From contig JBITNC010000002.1 of the NCBI GenBank assembly GCA_050084985.1, positions 2,852,001 through 2,916,000 of the forward strand: a stretch of DNA of 64,000 bases, given 5' to 3'. Position 1 is the first letter of the stretch, and every line of letters begins with the position of its first letter. Under the pieces are notes generated by a model. The model had not been told where the DNA came from. It made no database searches and saw only the letters and a program-made list of their open reading frames with translations. Shown piece by piece: positions 49,916 to 63,255 of the stretch. The translations under genes were made by a program, and so were the position numbers. The stretch is from Nageia nagi. Taxonomy: Eukaryota; Plantae; Pinophyta.

Positions 49916-52900
49916 TGTATGAATAGATCAAAGGATGATAAAAGAAGATTTGTCAAAGGAGACGGTCGTAAGAAAGTAGCTGTAGGAAAATCAATCTAGA
50001 AAATACAACAAAAACCCCCCAAAGCTAAAAAGTTGAGTTCAGAAAATGTTGTGAAAGAAAAGGGAAGCAGTATAGTTGTCGAAGAATATCAGGTGGAGCA
50101 ACCAGAAGAAACTAGGCCAAAGCCTAGTTCTATGGAAGAAACTAATCCAACAATTTTAGAAGAGGAGGCAAACTATACTCCAGAATCTAAGTATCCAGTT
50201 GCTGCAAAAGAGATAACTTTCATTAGTCCATCATCACCACCATTTCTGAGATTCTCAGATCCACTTAAGCAATATAGGAGATTTACTGATAAATCCCCTC
50301 CATTTCCTATTTGGTTTGCAAACTTAACTCTCCAAACAGAGATAGTTGAGCCTGCACCGGATACAGTCACTGCTACTCCTCATCCATCCATCCGTTTCTC
50401 CAATACATCTTTGCCATTACCTGTTACTCATATTCATCCTCTTTCCAGCGAAAGTGATTGTGAAGCAGAAAAAGAGGCAGCCAAGATACCCTTCCATATT
50501 TATTATAGCAAGGGGAGATTACCAAAGTTTGAGCAAATAAAAAAGATATATACTAATCCACTTGCCAATATGTCTAGAGGAAGCGGTGGTTCTAAAGTGG
50601 TAGGTACTAATCCCTCTACTCAAACATTCACTTATCCCATAAGGCTCGCCATAGAGACTCAAGCTCCTATGAAGAACATTTCACTGTCAATCTTACCTAC
50701 CTTTCGAGGTCTTTCCAGTGAGGATCCAAATCAGTTTTTGTTTGAATTCAAAATATTGTGCAGAACTTATGACTATGAGATGGATGAACAAAAATTAAAA
50801 CTTTTCCATCCATTCTAAAAGAAAATCCAATGAGGTGGTTCATAGGACTTCCTCCAGATTCCATCACCACTTGAAATGAAATGGAGAAAGCTTTTTTGGA
50901 AAAATACCAAGAATACTGTCGAGTCAAAGATAAGAAAGATGAACTATTTTGACTCAGCCAATCAGCATTAGAAAGCCTTGAAGATTACCTTAACAGATTC
51001 TTATTTGTTCAGAAAAGAGTTGGCACAACCATGGATCTCGAATTCTTCAAAACCATCTTTTTAAGAGGGCTTCTGGATTCCATATTGGAAGTCCTAAATT
51101 TGATGGGAAAAGGTAATGTCCATAAGTTAACTCTTGAAGAAATTGTGAAACTCTGCAGAAATTATTTAAGAACTAGATCATATAAAAGAAGTGGCAGGTT
51201 TCAAAATGATGGTCGAGTAGAGACTAGATTGGCAAGTGAAATTAAGGAAGAATTTGCAAACTTCAGGACTAATGTTCTGTTTGAATTAAGTCAACTGAAG
51301 GGAACAGCAAATAAACTGAAGGAGGTTTAGGATTCCCTTCAAACTACAAACTCGAAAAAGAAGACCACAGATGAGTTTTCAAAAAGGTATTGTCCTAGGT
51401 GCCGAAAGAAACATGCTCTACATGAATGTCCTCTGAACACTACCCATATATGCAACCTATGCAATTATGACCATCCAACAGATGATTGTGACTATCTAAT
51501 AATAGCACAAATGTCTGTAGTAGCTCCAAACATGAACATGAACTATATGAGAGCAATTGGGCCTAGGGGAAATAGTAATTTCCAAGGGAATCCAAACCCC
51601 TATTTTTCTAAACCAACAAATCAGAATTGGTGGGGTATGCCACCATATTCCCCATGGATGGTAACTCAAGATTGGCAAGGTTATGGATGGGATCCTTCAC
51701 AATGGAATCCACAATGGCAGCATTGTGGAGGACAAAATCGGTAGAATTGGAGTAATCATCCAGTACAAGGATAGAGAAGGCAAGGTTTGCTACCACCACC
51801 ATTTAATCAACAACAGCAAATGAATCAGCAGCAACAACCTCCAAAGCAACCTACTCTTCCAACCCAACCTGTTCCGAACCCAAATAATAACAAGCAAACT
51901 CTAGCGCCTACCTATTAAATTGATCAAGGAGACACTGGATCAATAAATGCTATCCAATGTAATGAAATTGAGCTTCGATCTAGTAAGAAATTGCCAGATC
52001 TTCTACCTCCTGTCATCACAAAAGTTGAGGTTGACAGCTCAGATGAATCTCCAAGAGAACACACAGAAGACAGTCAGGAGCCACCAACAGAAACAATTCT
52101 ACCTACAAACAACAAAAAGCTCCAGACAAAAGTTACTCCGTATCCAGAAAGACTAATTGAAAAACCCCAAGAAACTGAATTGGAACTACTGCAAGAGATA
52201 AGGAAATTGAATATCTCGATACTTGTATTACAAGTAATCAAACAAGTTCCTGAGCTAAACAAACTGGTTAAAGAACTATGCACCCAAAAAGGAAGAAGAA
52301 GAAGGAAGGTCTATCCAAAGACTATTAAAGTAGATGGTAAAGTAGCTAATCTTTTGGCCAGAAATTTGGTAAATCCTAAGTATGGCAATCCAGGTAATCC
52401 TGTTATTACCATTGTCATAGGAGTCACTAAAGTGCCCAATGTTTTGGTTGACTTGGGAGCAGCAATAAACGTCGTGACTCTGGATATGTCTCAAAAGCTA
52501 TTCCTGTCAAATATACAGCCCGCTTCAACTATGTTGCAGATGGTAGACCGAACAGTGGCCAAGCCAAAAGGAATCGTGGAAGATGTCCAAATAACAGTAG
52601 ATTCCTAGAGCTATCCGGTAGATTTTCTGCTTCTAAAGACAAGAGCACAACCTTCCGGATATCCAATCATACTGGGAAGACCTTGGTTAGCCACTGCAAT
52701 CGCATACATCAACTATAGGTATGGTGATATGACCATTTCTAACAGCCTAAAAACAAAGACACTTTCTTTGTACCCACCTGCCCAACCAACGTTGGAATAT
52801 CACAACCAAATATGGGTTGATGAACTTGACATGGATGCACATGAGACTTTTGCAACATTAGCAACCATTACCATCAAGGATCATGTTGAAAAGATGGAAG

Positions 52901-55900
52901 AAGATTCTAGTCTGGAACAAATACAATACCACTGTTCGGAGCCATAGAAAGAAGAATCAGAAGGCAATGATGAAGAGAAAGGAAATACAGTGGTTAACCC
53001 ATTATAGAACATTATTTTCAATGTTCCATCAGAAGAGCAGGCAGCATTTTTGGCAATGTTCAAATGCCCCCTTACTCACATTGTTCCAAAAGGGGATACT
53101 TTTAGGGAAAGAACAAGGGTATTCCATTCTTTATTTCCACATTCTTGTCCTTTGAATTCCTTGGTTCAGCTTCCAGAACAAGGTAATCTGACCAAACCTG
53201 GGATCAAGATTGTTGAAGTATTACCAAGAAAGACTCTCAATATCAGCAGTTGGTTGACAGATGAACATGAAAAGAAGCTTTTTGATGTCTTGATAGCCCA
53301 TACTGAGGCTTTTGCCTGGGAATATTCAAACATGAAAGGTATTAATCCGGAGATCTATACCCATCATATATATACGGATGAAACCAGACCAGTCCAACAA
53401 CCTCCCAGGCAGGTAAATCCTGCACTTAAAGAAGTTGTTAAGACTAAGATTGACAAGCTATTGAAAGCTAAATTCATCTATCCTATCTCAGATAGTCAAT
53501 GGGTCTCACCATTGGTGATTGTGCCTAAGAAAAACGGCAAATGGAGGGTATGTGTTGACTACAAAGCTCTCAATAAAGCTACATTTAGGGACCACTTCCC
53601 ATTACCTTTCATTGATCAAGTGTTAGACACTTTGTCTGGTAAGCAATATTTCTCCTTCCTAGTGGATTTAGTGGCTATAACCAAATACAAATTGCAGAGG
53701 AAGATCAAGGTAAGACCACGTTTACTTGTGCATGGGGTACATATGCTTATAAAGTTCTTCCATTTGGCTTGTGCAATGCACCAGCAACTTTCCAAAGAGT
53801 TGTACTAGCAATCTTTTCAGATTTGACTAATGATTGTGTTGAAGTGTACATGGATGACTTCACAGTGTATGGCAACACTTTTGGAGATGCATTGAGGAAA
53901 TTAGAAAAAGTCTTGGTGAGATGTAAAATGCATAATCTATCCTTAAGCCATGAAAAATATTTCATACTTGCACAGGAAGGAATAGTTTTGGGCCATCATA
54001 TTTCAGCCCAAGGGATCCAGGTGGATCCCAAGAAAATAGAAATCATCAAGCAACTCCCTCAACTTGAGACTCAAACAAATGTCCGAAGCTTCTTGGGACA
54101 TGCCGGATACTACAGAAGATTTATAGAAAATTTCAGTAAAACTGCAGCTCCATTATTTGCCCTGCTACATAAGGACAATGAATTTGAATGGACACCTGAT
54201 TATGAAGAAGCTTTTCAGACTATTAAGGAAAAACTCACCACAACTCTTGTGTTGAGAGGTCCCAATTGGGAACTACCACTCCACATTCATACGGATGCCT
54301 CAAATTATGCTATTGGAGCAATCCTAGGACAAAAGGAACCAAGTAAGTCCCCATATGCTATTTATTACATAAGTAAAAATTTGGTGGAAGCTGAAAGAAA
54401 TTATACTACTACAGAGAAAGAATTCCTAGCAGTAGTATATGCCATCAATAAATTTAGACACTATATCATAGGATACCAAGTGTTTGTTCATACTAACCAT
54501 GCTACCATTAAATATCTCATGAACAAGCCTGTGGTAAGTAAAAGAGTTGTGAGATGGTTGCTACTGTTACAGGAGTTTAATGTGACTATCATTGATAAGC
54601 CTGGAAAAGCAAATGTGGTCGCAGATTTTTTATCCAGATTGAATATTGTGCGGGAAGATGAGATGGTGGAAGATAACTTTCCAAACGAACAACTTTTTGC
54701 AATATCTGCATAGTCTCCTTGGTTTGCAGATATTGCGAATTATTTAGCCACTAGGAAATTTCCTCCACAATTGTCTCTAAAAACAGAGGAAACAATTGAT
54801 TAGACAAAGTGCATCATATAAGTGGTTAGATGGGTGGCTGTTCAAATATGGTCCTGACCATGCACTCCAAAGGTGTCTTCGGACAGATGAGGTATTTGAT
54901 ATCATCCGTGCATGCCATGATGAGCCTTCAGGAGGTCATTATTCTGATAAACAAACCATCCATAAAGTCCTAGGAGCTGGTTATTTTTGGCCTTCTATAT
55001 GCAAAGACATTAGAAAATATGTGAGACAATGTGATTAGTGTCAACGAATGGGTAGGCCTACTGCTACTACTCAAATGCCATTACAGCCACAATGGATGCT
55101 TGAACCATTTGAGCAATGGGGCATTGACTTTGTCGAGCCTATTAATCCTCCATCTCAAGGTAAGAAACACATACTAGTCTATACTAATTATGCCACTAAG
55201 TGGGTAGAAGTAGTAGCCTTGGCACATGCCAAGGAAGAATATGTGGCAGATTTTCTGTATAATAATATTATGCAAAGATTTGGCGCTCCTCGGTTTCTGG
55301 TTTCTGATCAAGGTCCACAGTTCATGTCAAAAACAATTCAACATTTTGTGAACCAGTATCAGATCCGACATAAGAAGAATTCACCTTATCATCCACAGAC
55401 GAATGGACAAGTTGAAGTTACTAATAGAGAGTTGGAAAATATATTGACCAAGATATTAGCTTCACACAGAAGGGATTGGGTATCCAGGCTTCCTGAAGCA
55501 GTCTGGGCATACAATACTATATGGAAATCCACCATTGGGTTTACTCCATATGAGTTAGTATTTGGTAAGAAGCCTTTATTGCCAATAGAATTTGAGCTCC
55601 AGACACTGAGAACAGCCCTAGAGATTGGGATGGACATAACAGAAATACAGAAAAATAGACTACTACAATTAAATGAGCTGGATGAAATAAGAATGGAAGC
55701 GCTGCATAATACTAACATCCTTCAACATCAACGGAAGCTATCGCACGACAAAAATCTAAAAAGAACCAATTTCGGGTAGGAGAATGGGCTTTATTATTTG
55801 ATTCCCGCTATAATGATTTTATAGGGAAGCTCCAGACACGATGGTTGGGACCATATAAGATTCTTCAAATACTCCCTAATGGTTCAGTCCAGTTGCAATC

Positions 55901-56047
55901 GATTGATGATTCTCAGAGGATTCTCCTGGTGAATGGACATCACCTCCGCCCATATACTGTACCAGTAACAAAGGAGCAATTCACGCAATAGATAAGGATA
56001 GCAGATCTTGATATATCTGAGGAAGCATCCTCCTCGGGTATGGTTAA
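49916..56047 (+). pseudogene. Gypsy gag-pol pseudogene (gag-PR-RT-RH-INT)
   Basis: LPTFRGLSSEDPNQFL; LVDLGAAINV; WVSPLVIVPKKNGKWRVCVDY; YMDDF; TDASNYAIGA; CHDEPSGGH; WGIDF...SDQGPQF...YHPQTNGQVE. Many stops and frameshifts. Confidence 0.97.
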
Positions 56048-56186
56048 ATAATTCCATTGATCAATCTTATAAATAAGTGATTCCAATGAATGTGGCAGTT
56101 GGTAAGCGAAAACCAGGAAACTGGCACTTGCCGGGTGAAAACCACCAACACTGGAAACACAAGGAGCTTTACCTCAAAAAAAAAAA

Positions 56187-56303
56187 ATTATATTATATAT
56201 ATATATATATAATATCGAAAAAAAAACATTATAGTTTGAAGCGGTGGCATGAATTTTGCACAGGTGTTGTGATTGTAACTTCGGACGATGTTTCTCCGGA
56301 CAC

Positions 56304-56357
<54 letters not shown>

Positions 56358-56426
56358 TGAAGCGGTGGCATGAATTTTGCATAGGTGTTGTGATTGTAAC
56401 TTCGGAAGATGTTTCTCCGGACACGT
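56187..56426. repeat. (TA)n microsatellites alternating with a duplicated 75-bp unit
   Basis: TATAGTTTGAAGCGGTGGCATG...CCGGACACGT at about 56230-56305 and 56351-56426, separated by a (TA)n tract of about 48 bp. Confidence 0.92.
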
Positions 56427-56984
56427 CAAGAGCTATCAAATGTCCTCGCCACAACCTTCGTATAATACCCAGTTTTCAAGGTAAGGTCATCCGTCGAGAG
56501 CGCAACATAACAACTAAACCATGTGACAACTCAGCACATAGGGTACATCCATGTATCCACATGTTCAAACCCACCACTCCATGGCACACGATTCAAGAGC
56601 TGGATGTCACCCTTTTCTATGCCATGAATAAGATGAAGTGCCACCTTTTCCCTTCACACAAACCAATGCCTAACACGTGTCAAGTGTCTCTCACGTAACG
56701 CATGATTCATAGGAAAAGATCGACGACTTCAGAAGATCATGTACGCAATTATCGACATGTCACTCCATCACCTCCACATGTACCAAACGTGCATCTTCAC
56801 GCTCCGCCACCATTCGCCATTAAATGGTATGTCATTTCACCATTACTTAAGTACTTAGTAGTTTAACCGTTATAAATTATTTGAATCTACATGTCCAAGT
56901 ATCAAATGTGCTATAAGTACTGTTTGCCACCGTGCCACACTCGAAATTCAACCAAAAACTTGCAGACCACAGGCTGTCAATGCA

Positions 56985-59265
56985 ATGGCTTAGAAGCGCA
57001 AAGACAAACCCAGTTCGACGGAAGAGCTCCAAAAGGATCCCAAGGTGTCAGAAATATTTGCCACCGCCCAGTGGCTCCAATTTTTTGACAAGTTTCAAGG
57101 CTATGAGCTCTGGTTGGTGCGATAGTTTGCAGCCGAATTAAAAGAAAACTCTGTCACTCTTCAAGGGCACACCATTCTAGTATCTCCTGAGATATTACAT
57201 GCCATTTCTGGTATTCCTATTGAAAGTGAAGAGTTGACGCCTAGAAAAGAATCACCTGATGATGTTCTCAACGCCTTCCACCATCTTGTTGAGCCTTGCG
57301 CAACCAAATTTAAAAGCAAAGGATGAGATCAAGGAATTAACCGCACGTCTCTACTCGAACCCTGGAGTGAGGTTGCCACCTAGGTACTGAAGTATTTCTT
57401 CTAGATGCTATTGTTGGTTCAGTTACGATATCTAGACAAGTATAAGTATAATATTCCTTAGCATTTGTTTGATAGCCTTCAGTCTATGGCCGCTAAGTGG
57501 CATGAGTTGAACCAAACTTCTCCCCTAAAACACCATGGACTTATCACTTTGATTTGTCGTGAGCATTTTCTTCATATTGGCGGAGAAGAAGCTTGGCAAG
57601 CATTCTTAAAAGGCAAGGAGGAGGCTGCTAAACCGAATGTAGTACCCACATTTGGTATAAATCTGGTAGAGGTAGTTCCAACAGCTCACGTCCAAATTAA
57701 GTCTTCCACCTATCGACTACATGCAGAGTCTTCAGCTGGACCTTCTAGGAAGAGACCACGCGTTGATTCCACAATTCCTGTAACTGTGTCAATTTGTTCT
57801 GCACCACCGCAAGATTCTACCTATATGCAACCGGATTTTGAAACTTCCAACCCCTCCATTACTCCAGATGTGTTATATGGACTATTATTAACTCGTGTCC
57901 AAGAGCTAGAAAGGAAAAAGAAAAATCTGGAGCACGAAAATCAGATTCTACGTGCCCAACATGATGAGACAGAACAAAAAAATAAAGAGTTGGTCATAGC
58001 TAATGATACATTACGGCGGCAACAAATGGACGCTTAGACACTCCATGCAATGATCAGGCACATCACGTCTAAACAGTTAGCCCTTAAGGAAAGAATTCAG
58101 TAGAATTTTGATTGGATGACTGCCTTGACAGAGGAGAAGGCTTCCACTGCTAGATTGCGAGATGAAATTGAGGAACTGAGACATCAGGTGGCACAGGAAC
58201 AGTATGTGTTTTCTGATTTCAAGATTATGCATGAATAGTTGGTGGTAAAGCATCAGAATTTACAAAATGAATATGAAGAAGCTCAGAGCTGAGTTGCTGC
58301 ACTCTCCCAAAACTCTTCTGTTCCAAGGCAAATTCTCCAGGATGTTTCCTCAATCTTTGAGGGGATTCTGCAACTGCGCTCACCTTCATCAATTTACAGT
58401 GTGTATTTAAAAGAACTCTTTTACAGATGTCAATTGTCACAGATTAAGAAGGGGAGAATTTATCATTTAGACACTCCTCAACAATTTCTTCAAGAATATT
58501 CTGTTGCTTTAAATGAGCAACGCTTTTTAATGTGTGAATGTTTTATTCATGGTTTCTTTGTTCTGTCCAATCGGAGGTTCTTTGTCAATTTCTATGTGGG
58601 AGAAGTCCAGTTGTGGGCATTTATTTCTGCTCTATTAAATCATATTCAGTAGAGGAAGAAAATAGCTCAATTTCAGAACAATCAAGAGGGTGACATCTTT
58701 CCAATGAGGATTGAAGCATATTTTCCCCAACAATTTCAGACTGCGTTGCACGCACTTCTTTTACAAGGCCCTATTAGAGCACAATATCGGGCAGCAATAT
58801 CACATTGTATACAAGAATGTCGCGAAACTCTTCATGACATCTTTGATGAAGCTGTGATGTGTTGTAACACTCTGGATGGGTTTACCTTATGAACTCTGTA
58901 TACGTAAAGTTTTTACACCTGGTAATTTATATTGAAGTAGACGGCAAGCTCTCTCTCTTATCTCTCTGTTAGAGACAGATCCTAAAAATTGGGTGGGTAG
59001 TCAATTTCGTCCTCCGCTAATTCTATTTCCAGTTCCTGATGTGATTGAAAATGAGCCCCAACCAAATGTAGCATTTAGAACATGGGAGTCTCGGCTTATC
59101 CGATACCATGGTGGGGGGGCAAGTGTTCCACAAGTTCAAGAGGGCACAATTGACATTTGGACCCGACAAAGATTGCAGCTCGCTGCCAGACCATATGATT
59201 TGGCTCATCTAGTTCATGCTCCACCAATTGTTACTGATGTCGACAGTTCCAATGATTCTGATTGA
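56985..59265 (+). pseudogene. Extra 3' (env-like position) ORF of the Athila element, broken
   Basis: ATG at 56985: ...WLQFFDKFQGYELWLVR*FAAELKENSVTLQGHTILVSPEILHAISGIP, resembling the LVREF motif of Athila extra ORFs. Coiled coil at about 57890-58200. Remnants continue to 59265. Confidence 0.7.
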
Positions 59266-59668
59266 GGCTATCATTTTCCTTTATTGCTCCAAGAGTAGCA
59301 ATATCTAAAGCTGGGGGGAGTGATAAGTCTCAGTAATTACCTGGTCTTTGGCACAGTTCGATGGTTAATTTTTTATATTTGGACATTATGGGACGGATTA
59401 ATTATAACTGTTAGACTATTTAGTTGCTTAATATATGGTTAAATGCATACTTTCCTTATATTAATATTTTGTGCATACTGATTCTATTTTGTGTGTTTGT
59501 TTGAACCAAAATGCTTCTCTTTGCTCCACGGAATGATAGTTGATAACTTGTATGAGTTGTAAATATTGAAGGAAGTATTCTGAACAGATTCTGCACTTGC
59601 ATACATTGTCCGGAGCTCAGCTCCGAACACATTGAACACCTCATTTGGTAAAGCAAAATTATGTTGTC

Positions 59669-59909
59669 TGGAGTTTCTATTCTAGACTTGTCTGAAGCTC
59701 CTATTCCAGACTTATCCAGAGCTTCTGTTCTAGACTCGTCCAGAGCTCCTATTCTAGACTTGTTCGGAGCTTCTATTCCAAACTCGTCCGAAGCTTCTAT
59801 TCCAGACTCGTTCGGAGCTTCTATTTCAAACTTGTCCGGAGCTTCTATTTCAGACTTGTTTGGAACTTCTATTTCAGACTCATCCGAAACTTCTATTTCA
59901 GACTCAAAT
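59669..59909 (+). repeat. 24-bp tandem repeat in the 3' LTR (10 units)
   Basis: Same unit as in the 5' LTR, one copy fewer. Confidence 0.93.
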
Positions 59910-61153
59910 TGAGAAATTGACCGTCATTGCCAATTCTATTCCAACCTTATATGATCCAAATATCCACATAATGTGAGCTACTCCAGATATAATCTATAGA
60001 AGCATGGATCCAACACATTAGATATAGTCAAATATGATTCTTGTTTTTTCGGAGTATGTTTGACTCCAAATTAACCATAATTAACTACTTATGATGTAAT
60101 TAGGATAGTGCTGACTCGTTGGGATGAGCCACTCTTTTTTAAAGAGATTGCAGCTCTCCTTAGATAAGATGTGGCAACGTTAGCATGATAATTTGTGTTA
60201 GCTAGCTAGTAGAATAAGTGATTTTGTTTTCTATAACAGAATATTGTTTAGACTTTAGATTATTATTATTCTTGGCCAACCTATTGTTAAACAACGAAGG
60301 ATATTTATACCTCAGTTGTTGACGGTAGAAGGGGTTAGAAAATTAAGGAAGTATTGTGTGTAGATTGTTGAGAATAAAAACTTTGTATTAGATTCGTCAA
60401 GCACATTCTGTGCAAGACAAATTGTATGCAATAATAGAGTGATCTGTTAAGAGTTTCCAATTCTAAGTTCTAAGTCTTCCACCAAGAGGAGCAACCAAAT
60501 GGTAGAAGACTCTATTATTTTACTGTTCTTTTAATTCAGGTGTGAGTTTACATTCAATGTGATAATTTCAAGTGTATATTTTCAACATTTAAGATTCCTA
60601 TACTTTCAATTCTGCAACTTTCTATTTTGCATATTGGCTTTTTGCAATGTTTACTTGAAGTAGATACAGCTGAGAAAATAGAGTTCAACAGCATATAGCC
60701 TTGAACACCACCCGAATTGATTAACTAAATGAAGGAGTTAGATATTGTCTTCCAAGATTAGTGAGAGAGAACTAAAATCTGCCCTGAATGTTGGAGTACC
60801 AGCTCTACGAGTTAACTAGTCCCTTCACGATAACAAGTGAAAGGATCACTAGGGGAAGGGTAGTGACAACCCTAGTGGAATTTGGAATACCATTATTTTA
60901 CTCATCACACCGTTGATTCCATGTTAATCCTAATGCTTCATTTTCAACATCACATTTATATAACGAGTTCATCCCAATCATCCGACTAAACAAGTTTCAT
61001 CAACAGTCGCTCTGAATATGCTCTTCTTCTCGCCTTTTTCAAGGAATTTGAACATCGCTTCTATTTTCCCCTACTTCCTATTTGACAACCATCCCTTTCC
61101 TCACATCATTCAATAGATGCCTCCCACTTCCACGCTTTCCCAATCGAACTCCA

Positions 61154-62222
61154 AGAAGACATCCTAGTGTGGGCTGTCCCCAGAGAAACAACCAATCGGA
61201 TCTTTATCATAGTCCAAAAAACAAAGGGATTACAATCCGCATCAACCTTAATGCACTATCTCCACAAGCTCTCTATCAAGCTCCTGTATGCTCAAACCCT
61301 AGCACAACTCTACTACAATGATATTTCCTTCATACTAAATCCTCTTATATAATAGAGAATACAATATATGACCTAAATATCAATAATCCAAATTCACCAC
61401 TAAAAATATATGCACACATGCACCTCCTAGGATAACAAGCTCCACACTCCAACAATCTCCCACTTGAAGACTGTCCACATAAATTGCATCGTTTCTGCAT
61501 TTGTTGGTAATCTCTCCAACCCTTCATGGCTCTACCAACCCAATTGCATTTGAGCAAAAGCTCAACTTATCTTTCAAAACTGCTTTTGTCAACATATCTG
61601 CAAGATTTTGACTAGTATGTATCTTTTCCAACTTTAAGGATCCATCCTCCAATACTAACTGTATCCAACGGTAGCTAAGCCGAATGTGTTTGGTTCATGA
61701 ATGGAAAAGATGAATTATTTGCAAGATGAATGGCACTCTGGCTATCACTCCATAACTTGCAATCCTCCTATTCATGTCCCAATTCTTTCATCAGTCTTTG
61801 AAGCCAAATTATCTCCTTGCTAGCCTCTATAGTTGCAACATACTCTGCCTCCATTGTAGAGAATGCCACAACTTGTTGTACCTTGGACACCCAGCTCACA
61901 GTTGTTCCACCAATAGTGAAAACATAACCAGTGGTGCTCCTCCCACCATCTTTGTCACTTGCCATATTTGAATCTACAAAACCATGTACATCAGTATTAG
62001 TACCATCGAAATGTAAACAATGATTAGATGTACCTCTCAAATACTGAAGTATCCACTTCACTGCTTGTTGATGCTCTTTTTTGGGGTTACTCATGTACTT
62101 GCTCACAACTCCCACTATTTGGGCAATAGCAAGTCTAGTGCAGATAAGGGATTGTAGGGGCACTCCACCATACATAGTTGCACACATGCACCTCCTAGGA
62201 TAACAAGCTTCACACTCCAACA
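61154..62222 (-). mobile_element. Internally deleted Ty1/copia: 43-bp 5' LTR stub, RT end and RNase H, PPT, 300-bp 3' LTR
   Basis: AVKWILQYLRGT...RSTTGYVF...STMEAEYVA and ADMLTK. PPT AAGTGGGAGAT before TGTTGG at 61454. The LTR start is repeated at 62180-62222. Candidate TSD CTCCA at 61149-61153 and 62223-62227. Confidence 0.85.
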
Positions 62223-62629
62223 CTCCATCATGGACTCCAAGCCAATTTAATTTGATGATCTTGTATCACCTTACACAACATTATGTGCCAACATCTGTCA
62301 ATCATTTGGCTTCCTCACAAACCACGTTGTTAGGCCATTTGCTTGATATGTTGTGTTGATAATGATGAGCATGTTCATCTCTTCATCCATCTTCTCACTT
62401 GTCTGAACTAGACATGGCAAATTGTCCTCTATGCATCGCTCAATATATGGCTCCTTCAAACTCCTCTATTATGTTGGTCTGACTATGTTACATCTACAAG
62501 AATTTTTCCACCCCTTAACAATCACGTACACTCTTTGGCAGCATGACCACCATTGGAAATCAACATTTGCTTCTCAACTTGTTCACACCACGATCATTGG
62601 ATTGTTTTCCATTTTGAGTTGCTTTGCAC

Positions 62630-63255
62630 CTAGATCATATGGTGCGGCGGTACATCGGTACGCAAATACGAGTACCCGATATGTGGTACATTTGGGTTTG
62701 AAAATCCAGTACATCGGTACGGCATATATATATATATATATATATTATTTCTAAAATATCATATTAACTTGCAATTTGCAAAAAAAATAAGAATGATATC
62801 AGATACACATAAATAGCATTTTAGAGAGAAAACCATGTCTAGACTCTATATTAACTCCTATACATGATAATTGAGAACTAGAAGTATAACATGATGTAAA
62901 ATCCAATATAAGCCTTTACAGATGAGGCTTTACAAGTAAAACAACAACAAGAAGCCTCTTCAGAGGAGCTATCCATGTGAGTACTTTGCATTTTCCCCTT
63001 TGCTCAATGGCCAATGCTCAATGTTGCAATGCTAAAACCCTTGAAACTTGAGAGTTGATTGTGAGTGAGTGTTTTAATGTTAGAAGTGAGAGAGGCCAAG
63101 TTAAAATGGAAGAGGGCAAGTGATTTTTTTACTTTATTGTGTGTTTTTTAATGCAACCGCCTAGTAAGCACCCCAATAAGCGTACCACATCCGGTACGCA
63201 TACCCACGTACCTCGTACGTATAGTACATGGTACGTGTGGGTCCCTGTATGCTAG
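62630..63255. mobile_element. hAT-type MITE
   Basis: Perfect 8-bp TSD CTTTGCAC at 62622-62629 and 63256-63263. CTAG ends. GTAC/GGTACG subterminal repeats at both ends. Non-coding. Confidence 0.85.

Larger units (their letters stand above)
48104..60907 (+). mobile_element. Athila-type Ty3/Gypsy LTR retrotransposon, full length, degenerate
   Basis: LTRs 48104-49705 and 59321-60907. Perfect TSD CACCG at 48099-48103 and 60908-60912. PBS TGGCGCCATTGCCAGGGA at 49710-49727 (tRNA-Asp type). PPT CTGGGGGGAG ending at 59320. Confidence 0.96.

Noticed and set aside
56077-56698. YIYIYI-containing ORFs
   Set aside because: (TA)n microsatellite artefacts.
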